Shown here: positions 19,527 through 29,049 of the stretch, piece after piece
How the letters are laid out: every line of letters starts with the position of its first letter
Numbering within the stretch: the stretch's first letter is position 1
Assembly: GCA_029762535.1 (NCBI GenBank)
Contig: JARVGK010000014.1
Span: 8,750 to 72,749 of the forward strand
DNA: 64,000 nt
Source: Thermoplasmatota archaeon
GTDB taxonomy: Archaea; Thermoplasmatota; Penumbrarchaeia; Penumbrarchaeales; Penumbrarchaeaceae
Direction: 5' to 3'
Notes under the pieces: generated by a model
Seen by the model: only the letters and a program-made list of their open reading frames with translations
Told to the model about the DNA's origin: nothing
The model's database searches: none
Program-made: the position numbers and the translations under genes

Positions 19527-19826
19527 AGGAGGTTTCGACCGTGCTCCGTATTCCATGATCATCCCTCTTGATCCAATAGAAATACAGGTTGATGCCGTCG
19601 GCGATCCTTTTAGAAGGCCAAAGGATCTTTTTTTGGTCCTCTTAGCCAAAACTTGATTCTATTATGACACTCTTCGTTGATGGTACTTATGAAGATCTTT
19701 CTATAAAAACGTATCATTATACCACCTGTCACGAATAAGGTTTCTCTATGAACCTAAAAAACATGAGGAATTTCAATAATTCCAAAGTGATAAATAGTCT
19801 TTTTTAGTATATACAACGGGGGAAAG

Positions 19827-21479
19827 ATGAAACGATTCGTCTCGCTCGATCTCATGAGGGGATTGGCCATATTCATGATGGTCATCTTCCATATACCCAT
19901 GAGATGGTATGACAGGAGTTGGATGGACTCGGGAGGCACCGTGGAGATACATCCCATACCCTTAGCATTGGCCCTGTCCATACTTTTTTTCGGAGCATGG
20001 GCGGGTTTCTTCCTGATGGTGAGCGCAGCGGCGAACACAATATCCATGCAGCGAAACCTCGAGAAGGGGAAGGGTCCGCTTAAGGTGATGCTCTTTCAAG
20101 TGATCGGAGGCCTTCTTCTCCTTGTCATGGCGTTTCTGGTCGAGTCCACCATAGGATATCATGGATATCTAGGGGAGCTCGTAAAAGGGAACGATCGTTG
20201 GGACATGGTCCTTTGGAGGGGTTTCCACATGGAGACGATACATACGATAGCCCTATGTATCATCTTGAATGGCATTGTCCATGGAATACTATCAATGAGA
20301 GGAGGCCATAAAAAGATGGGGCGAAATATCGCCATCTACGCCATATTGGCCATTATTGTTGTAGGACTTACTCCGGCCGTTTATGAGCTTTCGAGAGAGG
20401 CCTACACCGGATATCCCTTCAGGGAGTATGGTTCAGAACTCCTGGATCGAGATATCTACGTTCAGTATCCGGTCATAGGGGAGACCCCGGCTCCGGAGAT
20501 AGGCGTCAAATTCATTCTCATGGCTTTGGCGGGACAACCTGAGCCGCTGTTCCCCTACCTTGCGTTGTCATTCCTCGGAAGCATCGTCGGGATCGTTCTA
20601 ACATCTGGCGATAAAAGACGGAGATTACCCAGGTACGGGATTTTATCGGGTTTGTCCATGTTCATCGTTGGCGCGGCGGGATCGGGCTACGATCTGATGA
20701 CGAACGACAACGCATTTCCGATGCTGGCGGACCATTTCTACGAGATGCCCGGGCTATATCCGGACCTCTGGTTCTGGTGGTTCATGCTCATATCCGGGAG
20801 CTTCATAATGGCGATCATCCTGGTCCTTCGGCTTGTGGAATACAGGGGCAGGTCCAGGGAGTTCGCGGAAAGGACCCTGTTCCTCAGAAGGTACGGGTTC
20901 GTGGCGTTCACGGTATATACATATCAGTTCATCGACGTGCTGCCCAGACTGGGGCTTGAGGTTATCCCGGTGATCCATGCGCAATACCCATATCCTTCAC
21001 GTATGACATTCCTTCCGGTCCTTATTTTGGTACCGTTGACCGTAATACTATGGGAGTTCGTTCTGAGGACATGGGAAAAGGCGGATTACGTTCTTGGCAT
21101 GGAATGGATACTATCGAAGGTTTCGGAATACCTCATCCCATCACGCCGGGATCGGACCAACGATCGTTCAAAGTGGTGGATGACACCCAGGTTGAATGCC
21201 AGGGAATACCTCTATGAACCTCAGTGGATGGATATGATCGATAGAGAGGAGGTGGACCCTGCCCTGTTAAGGGACTCGAAGCTCGCCTTGATATTATCTA
21301 TGGCAGGTTTTACATTTCCCCTCCTATCTCCGATCGCCCTTCATCTCTCGAAAGCCTCATCGACATATGAGGGTTGGAACAAGTTCAATAGGGTAGCTGT
21401 CGCCATGAGTATATCATCCATACTTATTTGGATGGCCGTTTTGATCATTCTTCTATACGCACCCCCGGTCGTTATTTGA
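19827..21479 (+). CDS. Multi-pass membrane protein, transmembrane acyltransferase-like, paralogue B
   Basis: RFVSLDLMRGLAIFMMVIFH. Shares ESTxGxHG, RGFH..T.HTIA, LAGQxEPLFP, LRLxEYRG and RDSKLA with paralogue A. Confidence 0.7.
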   Translation: MKRFVSLDLMRGLAIFMMVIFHIPMRWYDRSWMDSGGTVEIHPIPLALALSILFFGAWAGFFLMVSAAANTISMQRNLEKGKGPLKVMLFQVIGGLLLLVMAFLVESTIGYHGYLGELVKGNDRWDMVLWRGFHMETIHTIALCIILNGIVHGILSMRGGHKKMGRNIAIYAILAIIVVGLTPAVYELSREAYTGYPFREYGSELLDRDIYVQYPVIGETPAPEIGVKFILMALAGQPEPLFPYLALSFLGSIVGIVLTSGDKRRRLPRYGILSGLSMFIVGAAGSGYDLMTNDNAFPMLADHFYEMPGLYPDLWFWWFMLISGSFIMAIILVLRLVEYRGRSREFAERTLFLRRYGFVAFTVYTYQFIDVLPRLGLEVIPVIHAQYPYPSRMTFLPVLILVPLTVILWEFVLRTWEKADYVLGMEWILSKVSEYLIPSRRDRTNDRSKWWMTPRLNAREYLYEPQWMDMIDREEVDPALLRDSKLALILSMAGFTFPLLSPIALHLSKASSTYEGWNKFNRVAVAMSISSILIWMAVLIILLYAPPVVI

Positions 21480-21506
21480 ACAATAAAAATGGTATCTTCG
21501 GATCCT

Positions 21507-21917
21507 CTATCCGTCCACCAGCCTCACATGCTGGATGACGTCGATCCCCCAGAGGTCCTCATCATCGGATACGATCCTCGGATAACCGTTGTTGACGGCT
21601 GCTGAGATATGGATCGCATCCCTCGGGGCTATCTTGGGGTGTCCTCTCATAATATCGATAGCATAAGAGACATCCTTCCTCTTGACATCATGGATCCTGA
21701 GATTGGGAAACTCCATTATATTTGCGGCCAATTCCAAGGCCTCCTCTCTAGATGCCCTCCTCGATACCACCCATATCACTTCGTCCATGGTGAGGGCACA
21801 GGTACCGGCCTGAATGTCGCCGGAGATCGCGTTCTCTATGTATTTTATCGCTGCCTCGGCCTTTTCGCCAGTGTAAAGGGCGGGCAATATGAAGACGTTG
21901 CTGTCAAGATAGTACAT
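21507..21917 (-). CDS. vapC: PIN-domain toxin
   Basis: YYLDSNVF, E in MDEV, PRDAIHISAA, IVSDDED. Confidence 0.9.
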   Translation of the reverse strand: MYYLDSNVFILPALYTGEKAEAAIKYIENAISGDIQAGTCALTMDEVIWVVSRRASREEALELAANIMEFPNLRIHDVKRKDVSYAIDIMRGHPKIAPRDAIHISAAVNNGYPRIVSDDEDLWGIDVIQHVRLVDG

Positions 21918-21920
21918 GGC

Positions 21921-22166
21921 TCATCCCCCAAACTGTGAGGCGTATTCCCGGTCCCAATCTATCCTACCATCGAGTCTCTTCTTCTCCTTTACGACCGAGA
22001 GGTATTCCTCGACGATCTCCTCGGGGGTTCTCTGCTCTATTACGATCCTGTTCTCCTCGACGAGGAAGAACAGCTCGTCGTTGGGCTGTATCTTAAGCAT
22101 GTCACGAATCGGTTTGGGGATAACAACCTGTCCGCGTTCTCCTACCTTTGAATGCAGCGTTATCAT
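21921..22166 (-). CDS. vapB: AbrB/MazE-type antitoxin
   Basis: SKVGERGQVVIPKPIRDMLKI; lies directly upstream of vapC. Confidence 0.85.
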   Translation of the reverse strand: MITLHSKVGERGQVVIPKPIRDMLKIQPNDELFFLVEENRIVIEQRTPEEIVEEYLSVVKEKKRLDGRIDWDREYASQFGG

Positions 22167-22243
22167 TCATATCACTATGTATGATATGATCATACTATGT
22201 AATATGTTTTTCGTCAGTTAGAACCTTGGAAGAAAGGTCCCCC

Positions 22244-23113
22244 TCAGATCTTGCCCTGGGATCGCAGGGAGTCGAACAGCTGGGTGACCCTTGGTCTCAG
22301 AACCGGATCCGAGAGCGCCATCAAAAGGTTGGCCTTCAGCCAGTCCTCTATCGATCCGATATCCACCCTCGTCCCCTTGATGATGAGGCCGTACAGTCCC
22401 TTCGTCCCTATGTAATTGGCAAGGGAATCGGTGAGCTGCAGCTCACCTCCCGATCCCCGGGGCGAACTCCTGAGCCATGGGAATATGTCGCTGTCGATGA
22501 TGTACCTCCCCATTATAGCAAGATGGGAGGGGGCTTCCTCCCTCCTCGGCTTCTCGACGACCCCCTTCAATTTGAACAATCCGCCCCCGAGATCCTCCCC
22601 CGGGTCAACGATCCCGTACCTCTCCACGTGGTCGGGAGAGACCTCCTCCAGGGCTATCACGGGCGCGTTCACCCTCAGGTGCGCCTCCCACAGCTGCTTG
22701 ATCGCGGGGACATCCGAGGATATGATGTCATCCCCCAAAAGCACGGCGAAGGGCTGGGAATCCACGTAGTTCGCCGCGCACAGCACGGCATCCCCCAATC
22801 CCCGCTGCTCCCTCTGCCTGAGATAGAAGATCTCGGCAAGGTCCTCAATCTTGCGGATCTCCTTCAAAGCATCCGTCTTTCCCTTGGCCTCGAGCATACG
22901 CTCGAGCTCCAGGTTCCGGTCGAAATGGTCCTCCATGGTCTTCTTGCTCCTGGAGGTGATTATCAGGATCTGCTCGAACCCGGATACGGAGGCCTCCTCG
23001 ACGACGTACTGGATCGCCGGCTTGTTCAGGACCGGGAGCATCTCCTTCGGCTGGGATTTGGTGATCGGAAGAAGCCTGGTCCCCAATCCCGCCGCTGGTA
23101 TTATCGCTTTCAT
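22244..23113 (-). CDS. galU: UTP-glucose-1-phosphate uridylyltransferase
   Basis: MKAIIPAAGLGTRLLPITKSQPKEMLP, GLGDAV, LLGDD, VEKP, ELQLTD. Confidence 0.93.
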   Translation of the reverse strand: MKAIIPAAGLGTRLLPITKSQPKEMLPVLNKPAIQYVVEEASVSGFEQILIITSRSKKTMEDHFDRNLELERMLEAKGKTDALKEIRKIEDLAEIFYLRQREQRGLGDAVLCAANYVDSQPFAVLLGDDIISSDVPAIKQLWEAHLRVNAPVIALEEVSPDHVERYGIVDPGEDLGGGLFKLKGVVEKPRREEAPSHLAIMGRYIIDSDIFPWLRSSPRGSGGELQLTDSLANYIGTKGLYGLIIKGTRVDIGSIEDWLKANLLMALSDPVLRPRVTQLFDSLRSQGKI

Positions 23114-23212
23114 ATGATGCCTCGAAACCCCAAGGCGAAGAAGATATTTAAGGTTCATCGGGCCGAGAAGTTTTTTAAACTAGAATGCCCCTCTCCGGAT
23201 TCGGGTGTCAGC

Positions 23213-23611
23213 ATGCCGGAGGAAAAGAAAAAGGTGGACCACTTCCCGGACTTCAACTACAGGTTCTTTCAAATAACCCACAGCGAGAGCTCGATGGAAG
23301 GCATACAAGGCCCGGTGTACACACCGTCGAAAGAGGTTCTGGACCTGGGAGACACCCCCGTCATAGAGATCGTCGAATCCGCCCCCGTCTTCCACGACGG
23401 CGAGGCGAAGGTGTACGATCTCGAGACCAAGGAGTTCGACATGGGTATATCCTCCGATGAAATGGAGGTGTGGGACCCCGAAAAGAAGGAGGAGAAGGTC
23501 CTCGGATACATTCCATGCCCGAAATGCGGCGACAACATACCCGTAACATCCGACAAGAGGCCCTATTCCTTCAAATGCCCTGGCTGCGGGAAGAAGGGCA
23601 AGCTTCAGTGA
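23213..23611 (+). CDS. Small acidic protein with C-terminal Zn ribbon
   Basis: ATG 23213 follows the TATA-like TTTTAAA. C-terminus CPKCGDNIPVTSDKRPYSFKCPGCG. Confidence 0.75.
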   Translation: MPEEKKKVDHFPDFNYRFFQITHSESSMEGIQGPVYTPSKEVLDLGDTPVIEIVESAPVFHDGEAKVYDLETKEFDMGISSDEMEVWDPEKKEEKVLGYIPCPKCGDNIPVTSDKRPYSFKCPGCGKKGKLQ

Positions 23612-23629
23612 CGCCTTGGAGGCCCTGAA

Positions 23630-24640
23630 TTGAGAGAGCTTCATGACGCCCTACTCTGGGAAAGGATATCCGGCAGCGCGGCAAGATGCCTGCTGTGCCC
23701 GCACGGATGCAGGATAGACGAGGGCAGCTCGGGCATCTGCGGCGTCAGAAGGAACGTCGATGGAAGCCTCAACGCGACCGGATACGGGATATATCCAGCG
23801 GTCCACATCGATCCGATAGAGAAGAAGCCGCTGAACCACTTCCTGCCGGGGTCGAGCGTCCTATCCCTTGGATCGGTGGGATGCAACCTAACCTGCAAGA
23901 TGTGCCAGAACTGGACCCTGGCCCGGGCATCGCCGGGCGGATCCGAACCCATCTCTCCTCACGACGTACTTGACATGGCCCTCTCCTACGACTCCGCTTC
24001 CGTGGCCTTCACCTACAACGAGCCGACGGTCAATTACGAGTTCCTGATGGATTGCGCGCCGCTCCTTAGAAGGAACGGGATCAAGGTCGTCCTCGTCACC
24101 AACGGCCATCTGAACACGGGTCCCTGGGCCGAGCTGATGCGGCATACGGATGCGGCCAACATCGATGTGAAGGCATTCACACAAAGATTCTACTCCGAGA
24201 TCGCCGGAGGACATCTCGGCCCCGTCCTGGAGAACGCATCCGCTTCATATCGAAGCGGTGTACACGTTGAATTGACCTATCTGGTCATCCCCGATCATAA
24301 CGATGATGAAAAGGAGCTCGCCCGCTTCTCGGAATGGGTCGCAAATGAGCTCTCGGCGGAGGTCCCCGTCCATTTCAACAGGTTCCACCCGGACCATCAG
24401 ATGATAGAGGTCCCGCCCACCCCGGTCAAGACCCTGGAGATGGCCAGGGAGATCGCCCGGAACGCGGGACTGAAGAACATATACGTTGGCAACGCTCGAG
24501 GCAAGGGTTATAACGACACCTTCTGCCCGTCATGCTCAGCGCTGCTGGTAAGAAGGCAGGGCTATTCCGTCGATGTCAAGGGGATCGACAATGGATCGTG
24601 CTCCGGATGCAAAAGGGAGATATACGGGGTCTGGTTCTAA
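23630..24640 (+). CDS. amrS: AmmeMemoRadiSam system radical SAM enzyme
   Basis: CLLCPHGC, CGVRRN, DPIEKKPLNHFLPG, GCNLTCKMCQNW, FTYNEP, NIYVGN, TFCPSC. Confidence 0.92.
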   Translation: MRELHDALLWERISGSAARCLLCPHGCRIDEGSSGICGVRRNVDGSLNATGYGIYPAVHIDPIEKKPLNHFLPGSSVLSLGSVGCNLTCKMCQNWTLARASPGGSEPISPHDVLDMALSYDSASVAFTYNEPTVNYEFLMDCAPLLRRNGIKVVLVTNGHLNTGPWAELMRHTDAANIDVKAFTQRFYSEIAGGHLGPVLENASASYRSGVHVELTYLVIPDHNDDEKELARFSEWVANELSAEVPVHFNRFHPDHQMIEVPPTPVKTLEMAREIARNAGLKNIYVGNARGKGYNDTFCPSCSALLVRRQGYSVDVKGIDNGSCSGCKREIYGVWF

Positions 24641-24648
24641 CGGAGCGG

Positions 24649-25587
24649 ATGTCCCTGATATTGATAAGGTATGCCGAGATCGGATTGAAGTCAGAACCGG
24701 TTCGCAGGCGATTCCTGGCCAGGCTCGTCCGTGATATTTCGGAAAGACTGGAAGCGGCCGGGATCGACCATCTCATCGAATCCGAGAGAGGGAGGATATT
24801 CCTCGAATGCTCGGACACCGGGGCGGCATCGGCGGTGCTGAGGACGATCAACGGCTTGGCCTCCTTCAGCCCGGTCATCTCATGCTCTTCCAAGTATAAT
24901 GATATCATGGAATGCCTCAATGAGTTCGGGAAGCAGAGGCTCCGGGCCGGGATGTCCTACGGGCTGAAGGTGAGGCGGGTCGGGACCCATCCTTATACCA
25001 GCAGGGATATCGCGATAAACGGGGGAGGTGCCGTGATCTCGCATCTGGCAGAGGGGGAGAACAGGGTCGATCTAAAGGACCCCGACCTCTGGGTATTCGT
25101 CGAGATCAGGGAGAACATGGCCTACGTCTTCAGCGAGGTCCTTAGAGGGTTGGGTGGCATGCCTTCCGGGACGCAGGGGCGTGTCCTCCTCTATCTGCCT
25201 CCCGATCCCTCAAAACCGATGCGAAAGAGGGCCATCCTCTCGAGAACGCTTCTCGAGAGAAGGGGCTGCACCGTGGTCCCGGTCGCCCGCGGGGAGGATA
25301 TCGAAGAATGGAAGGGCGAACCGGGGCCGGGACAGGACGTCAGGGCACTGTACCCGATAGGGATCGGGGACGCCCTTGCCGCCGCCCTTAAGGAACACAG
25401 GGCTCTCGGCGTGGCATATCCATACGATTTGCCGGACGTGAAAGGGGCGCACGGGTCCCACCCCCGCTCTATTCCAGCCGTCGAATTGTATCCCACATCC
25501 GGCCTGGAGGATGATGATGTCGATGCCTGCATCGACAGGTTCTCCGGAGGAGAGGGAAGCGAAAAGGTTAATAAACTACTTATATAG
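24649..25587 (+). CDS. ThiI-like THUMP-domain protein lacking the PP-loop
   Basis: ILIRYAEIGLKS, THUMP (KVRRVGTHPYTSRDI, VDLKDPD), GLGGMPSGTQGR. No SGGxDS follows. Confidence 0.75.
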   Translation: MSLILIRYAEIGLKSEPVRRRFLARLVRDISERLEAAGIDHLIESERGRIFLECSDTGAASAVLRTINGLASFSPVISCSSKYNDIMECLNEFGKQRLRAGMSYGLKVRRVGTHPYTSRDIAINGGGAVISHLAEGENRVDLKDPDLWVFVEIRENMAYVFSEVLRGLGGMPSGTQGRVLLYLPPDPSKPMRKRAILSRTLLERRGCTVVPVARGEDIEEWKGEPGPGQDVRALYPIGIGDALAAALKEHRALGVAYPYDLPDVKGAHGSHPRSIPAVELYPTSGLEDDDVDACIDRFSGGEGSEKVNKLLI

Positions 25588-25661
25588 TCATGGGCTTTGA
25601 GGCTTCTCCAACAAGCCTAAGATCGGTATGATATTTGGGTCCGAAAATAGGAGGAAATACT

Positions 25662-26204
25662 ATGGAGATAAAGGTAGAGAACGTAGTCGCATCGGCATCC
25701 GCCGGAGTCCCGCTTGACCTGCAGAAGATATCCATGACGCTAGAGGACGCCGAGTACGTCCCGGAGAAGTTCCCCGGACTGATTTACAGGCTGAAGGAGC
25801 CAAAGACCGCGCTCCTTCTATTCTCGAGCGGAAAGCTGGTCTGCACGGGGGCCAAGAGCGTGGAGATGGCCCACAACGTGGTCAAGATAGTCCTTGCGAA
25901 GATCAAGGACATAGGGATAAACGTCATGGACGATCCCGAGATAAAGATCCAGAACATAGTCGCCACAACGGACCTGAAGAAAGAGCTCAATCTCAACTCC
26001 ATAGCGATATCGCTGGGCCTCGAGAAGGTGGAATACGAGCCGGAACAGTTCCCCGGGCTCGTCTACCGCGTGGAGTATCCCAGGGTCGTGGCTTTGTTAT
26101 TCGGCTCAGGAAAGATCGTCTGCACCGGGGCCAGGGAGATCAAGGACATAGATATCGCCCTGCAGGAGATCGTCAACGAGCTCTCCGATGCGGACCTCAT
26201 CTGA
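25662..26204 (+). CDS. tbp: TATA-box binding protein
   Basis: Two repeats of ENVVAS..EY.PE.FPGL.YR..LLF.SGK.VCTGA. GGAGG SD upstream. Confidence 0.98.
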   Translation: MEIKVENVVASASAGVPLDLQKISMTLEDAEYVPEKFPGLIYRLKEPKTALLLFSSGKLVCTGAKSVEMAHNVVKIVLAKIKDIGINVMDDPEIKIQNIVATTDLKKELNLNSIAISLGLEKVEYEPEQFPGLVYRVEYPRVVALLFGSGKIVCTGAREIKDIDIALQEIVNELSDADLI

Positions 26205-26231
26205 GGTAGGACCGATCGAAAGGTGAGGCGT

Positions 26232-27050
26232 ATGGGGATCTTCGACAGATTGCTCGGAAGAGGGACCGACACGGGCCGCAGGTCCGCGAGGGAAGAGTAT
26301 TATCCTCCGGAGGACGAACCCCTCGAGGTCATCGTGGACCATGAGTTCTTCTACCCGGCGGATCCCGATGATCCCAGGACCGTTACGGGAATGGGATACA
26401 GGGTGAGGATCGAGAACGGCAGCGATTATCCAATGGGAGCCCCCAGGATAGAGTTCGAAAAGAGGACGAAGCTGGGTCGATTCGGGGAGCCGGACGATCC
26501 TAAAGGGATGGTGGATCCCGGAAAGAGCATGGAGATAACCACCCCGTTCAGGCCTTCGTACGCCGGCGGAAAGGAGGCGTTCGCCTTCAGGATATCCTTC
26601 TTCGATTTTCGGCACAGGTCCGAAGAGCAGATCGATATGAAGTCCGAGCCCCTCAAGGTCCTGGTTCCCAGGTTCAAACCGCTGAAAAAGGACGAGGACG
26701 GCTACAGGCTCCTCACCTCCAACCTCTACAGATGGGTCCTCGAGACGGATGTCATGGAGCTGCCTCCGAAAAAGCTGTTCGGATCGCTCACGGAGCAGAT
26801 AGAGACGCTGGGGTTCGAGAAGGCGAACGAGCTGCTCAACGAGAACCTGTTCAGGGGGATACGCCAGTTCTGCGCCTCGGACGAGAAGGGCCGCAAATGG
26901 GCCGCACAGGTCCAGATCATAGGCAAGGGAAAACAGTCCAAGCTCCTGCTCTACACCTTCGGGGAAAGGCCGCAGCAGGCCTACAACCTTGCGACGAGGA
27001 TATTGCTGAAGCTTCCCGAGAGGGAGCAGGTAATCAAGGCACAGCTGTGA
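26232..27050 (+). CDS. Hypothetical protein (predicted beta-sandwich plus alpha/beta domain)
   Basis: Open frame with genome-typical codons and a GGTGAGG SD. Confidence 0.7.
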   Translation: MGIFDRLLGRGTDTGRRSAREEYYPPEDEPLEVIVDHEFFYPADPDDPRTVTGMGYRVRIENGSDYPMGAPRIEFEKRTKLGRFGEPDDPKGMVDPGKSMEITTPFRPSYAGGKEAFAFRISFFDFRHRSEEQIDMKSEPLKVLVPRFKPLKKDEDGYRLLTSNLYRWVLETDVMELPPKKLFGSLTEQIETLGFEKANELLNENLFRGIRQFCASDEKGRKWAAQVQIIGKGKQSKLLLYTFGERPQQAYNLATRILLKLPEREQVIKAQL

Positions 27051-27153
27051 ATCGTGCATGTTAGAAGAGGGTTTGGATGGACAAGATAATATACAAAAAA
27101 AGGGTTTCAAGCAATACTCGGAAGACTAAGTTTAGCATAGTGGAGGTCGGATA

Positions 27154-28104
27154 ATGTCACCATCATTCTTCAAGAAGTCCGGAGCAGCGGCAATTTACCT
27201 GAAGTCCGCCAGCAAGAACGCCATCAACGTCTACATCAAACAGCTCGCATCATCCGGTTATACCAATTGGGGGACGCCAATCGAGTTCAGGGCCGCCCTC
27301 CCCGTGGAGACGTTGAGGGAGTCCGCCAGGCAGTATGCGGCCCAGAACGGCTGCTCTCTCATCGTCGAGGTCCAGGACCCGAACCCGATGAGCAACCCCT
27401 ACAATCCTTACAAGTACTACCTCTTTCAGTATACCGGTGGTGCCTACAACCCTCCGGAGCCTCCGAACCCGACGGCCGTGCAGCAGGTGCAGCAGCAGGC
27501 ACCGCAGAGGCAGTTCGCGGAGTTCATATGCCCGTACTGCAAATCCAAGTTCCAGACGTACGTCAACCCCGGAAGGAACCTCCTGACCTGCCCCAGATGC
27601 AAGGGCCAGAGCCAGGTGGACATCCCCGCTCCCGAGTCGGTATCCAACCTGGACCAGGGCTCATCGTACAGGGCCGATATATCCCATATAAAGCTGGTCG
27701 GTAAGTATCAGACCCCGGAGGAGATGATAATCGACTGCCTGGAGGTCCTTGGGAAGATCCTGATGGTGGAGGGGAACCCGCTGGAATTCTCCGATACGGG
27801 CGAGTTCCTGTACCCTTTCATAAAGATGAAGACGCATGCTTACGAGCACGTCGGCTTCAGGAAGATGGACATGATACTGATGAAGGAGGCCGTTCACGAT
27901 TATCGTATGATAGGATCGGAGCAGCACTCCCAATCCCAGGCCAACGTCAATCCCCACAAGGACGAGCTGTTCTCCCTCAAGTTGCTCGGAGGGGTCAACT
28001 TCCTGGTCCTTGAGGAGTTCAAGGCCCTTGAGGACTCCCAGAAGACGGCCATAAGGAACGCCCTGTATCTCTTCCTCAAGAACTACGTCGGATCGACGAA
28101 CTGA
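27154..28104 (+). CDS. Hypothetical protein with central Zn ribbon and P/Q-rich linker
   Basis: CPYC...CPRC; GGAGGT SD. Confidence 0.75.
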   Translation: MSPSFFKKSGAAAIYLKSASKNAINVYIKQLASSGYTNWGTPIEFRAALPVETLRESARQYAAQNGCSLIVEVQDPNPMSNPYNPYKYYLFQYTGGAYNPPEPPNPTAVQQVQQQAPQRQFAEFICPYCKSKFQTYVNPGRNLLTCPRCKGQSQVDIPAPESVSNLDQGSSYRADISHIKLVGKYQTPEEMIIDCLEVLGKILMVEGNPLEFSDTGEFLYPFIKMKTHAYEHVGFRKMDMILMKEAVHDYRMIGSEQHSQSQANVNPHKDELFSLKLLGGVNFLVLEEFKALEDSQKTAIRNALYLFLKNYVGSTN

Positions 28105-28141
28105 ACGTGGTTTTAATAAGGCCCGTGAACTTTACCCCCGC

Positions 28142-29026
28142 ATGCGTATTTTGAGCGGGAAGGAGGTCGCCGAGAGGATAGAGGCGGAGATCTCCAGAAT
28201 GGGCCCCCCACCTCCTGTTCTGGCGATATACTCCATAGGCGACGATCCCGCATCCGCCATTTACGTGCGCTCCAAGGTCCGCAAGGGCGGATCGCTGGGT
28301 GCCGAGGTCCTTCTCAGGTCCTTCCCTGCGGATGCCGGAGCAGGATCCGTTCTATCATCGATATCGAAAGACTCCGAGGACCCCGCCATAGACGGGATCG
28401 TGATAGAGAGGCCCCTGCCCCCCCACATGGATGTTGATGAGATGTACGATATTATCGATCCGCTAAAGGACCTGGAGGCCCAGCATCCAGAGAACATCGG
28501 CCTTCTGGCAAGGGGGAGGCCCAGGTTCGTTCCGCCCACCCCTTTGGGGGCGATACTCCTTATGCTCCATTACGGCATAGATCCCCGGGGCGGGAACGTA
28601 GCGGTCCTGGGGCGCAGCCTTACGGTCGGCACCCCGTTAGCCATCATGTTGTCCAGAAAGGCGAATTGGGGGGACGCTACGGTCTCTTTGATACATTCGC
28701 GCTCGAGAGATATGGGCTGCATGCTCAAAGACGCTGATATCGTCATATCGGCGGTTGGAAGGCCGCGTTCGATCAAAGGCGAGATGCTGAAACCCGGCGC
28801 CCATGTCGTAGATGTCGGGATCAGCATCGACGCTTCCGGGGAACTGTCGGGGGATGCCGACCTCGCCAGCATGGAGGGGGTCGCCGCCTCCGCCACTCCC
28901 ACTCCAGGCGGGACGGGGACAGTGACGGTCTCTTGCATGTTCCTGAACCTCTTCAGGGCCCGAGGTCTTAGGAAGGGAACATTATCCGAGCATGAGGATG
29001 ACATCATAAGGATGATATATGGATAG
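28142..29026 (+). CDS. folD: Bifunctional methylene-THF dehydrogenase/cyclohydrolase
   Basis: GDDPASAIYVRSK, PLKDLE, PPTPLG, LGRSLTVG, VVDVGI, TPTPGGTG. Confidence 0.92.
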   Translation: MRILSGKEVAERIEAEISRMGPPPPVLAIYSIGDDPASAIYVRSKVRKGGSLGAEVLLRSFPADAGAGSVLSSISKDSEDPAIDGIVIERPLPPHMDVDEMYDIIDPLKDLEAQHPENIGLLARGRPRFVPPTPLGAILLMLHYGIDPRGGNVAVLGRSLTVGTPLAIMLSRKANWGDATVSLIHSRSRDMGCMLKDADIVISAVGRPRSIKGEMLKPGAHVVDVGISIDASGELSGDADLASMEGVAASATPTPGGTGTVTVSCMFLNLFRARGLRKGTLSEHEDDIIRMIYG

Positions 29027-29049
29027 ATCGAATTGAGAAGGGGTTGAAA

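Noticed and set aside
22226-23212. 461-aa ORF 22226-23611 as a single gene
   Set aside because: The first ~330 codons are the antisense shadow of galU. The real gene probably starts at 23213.
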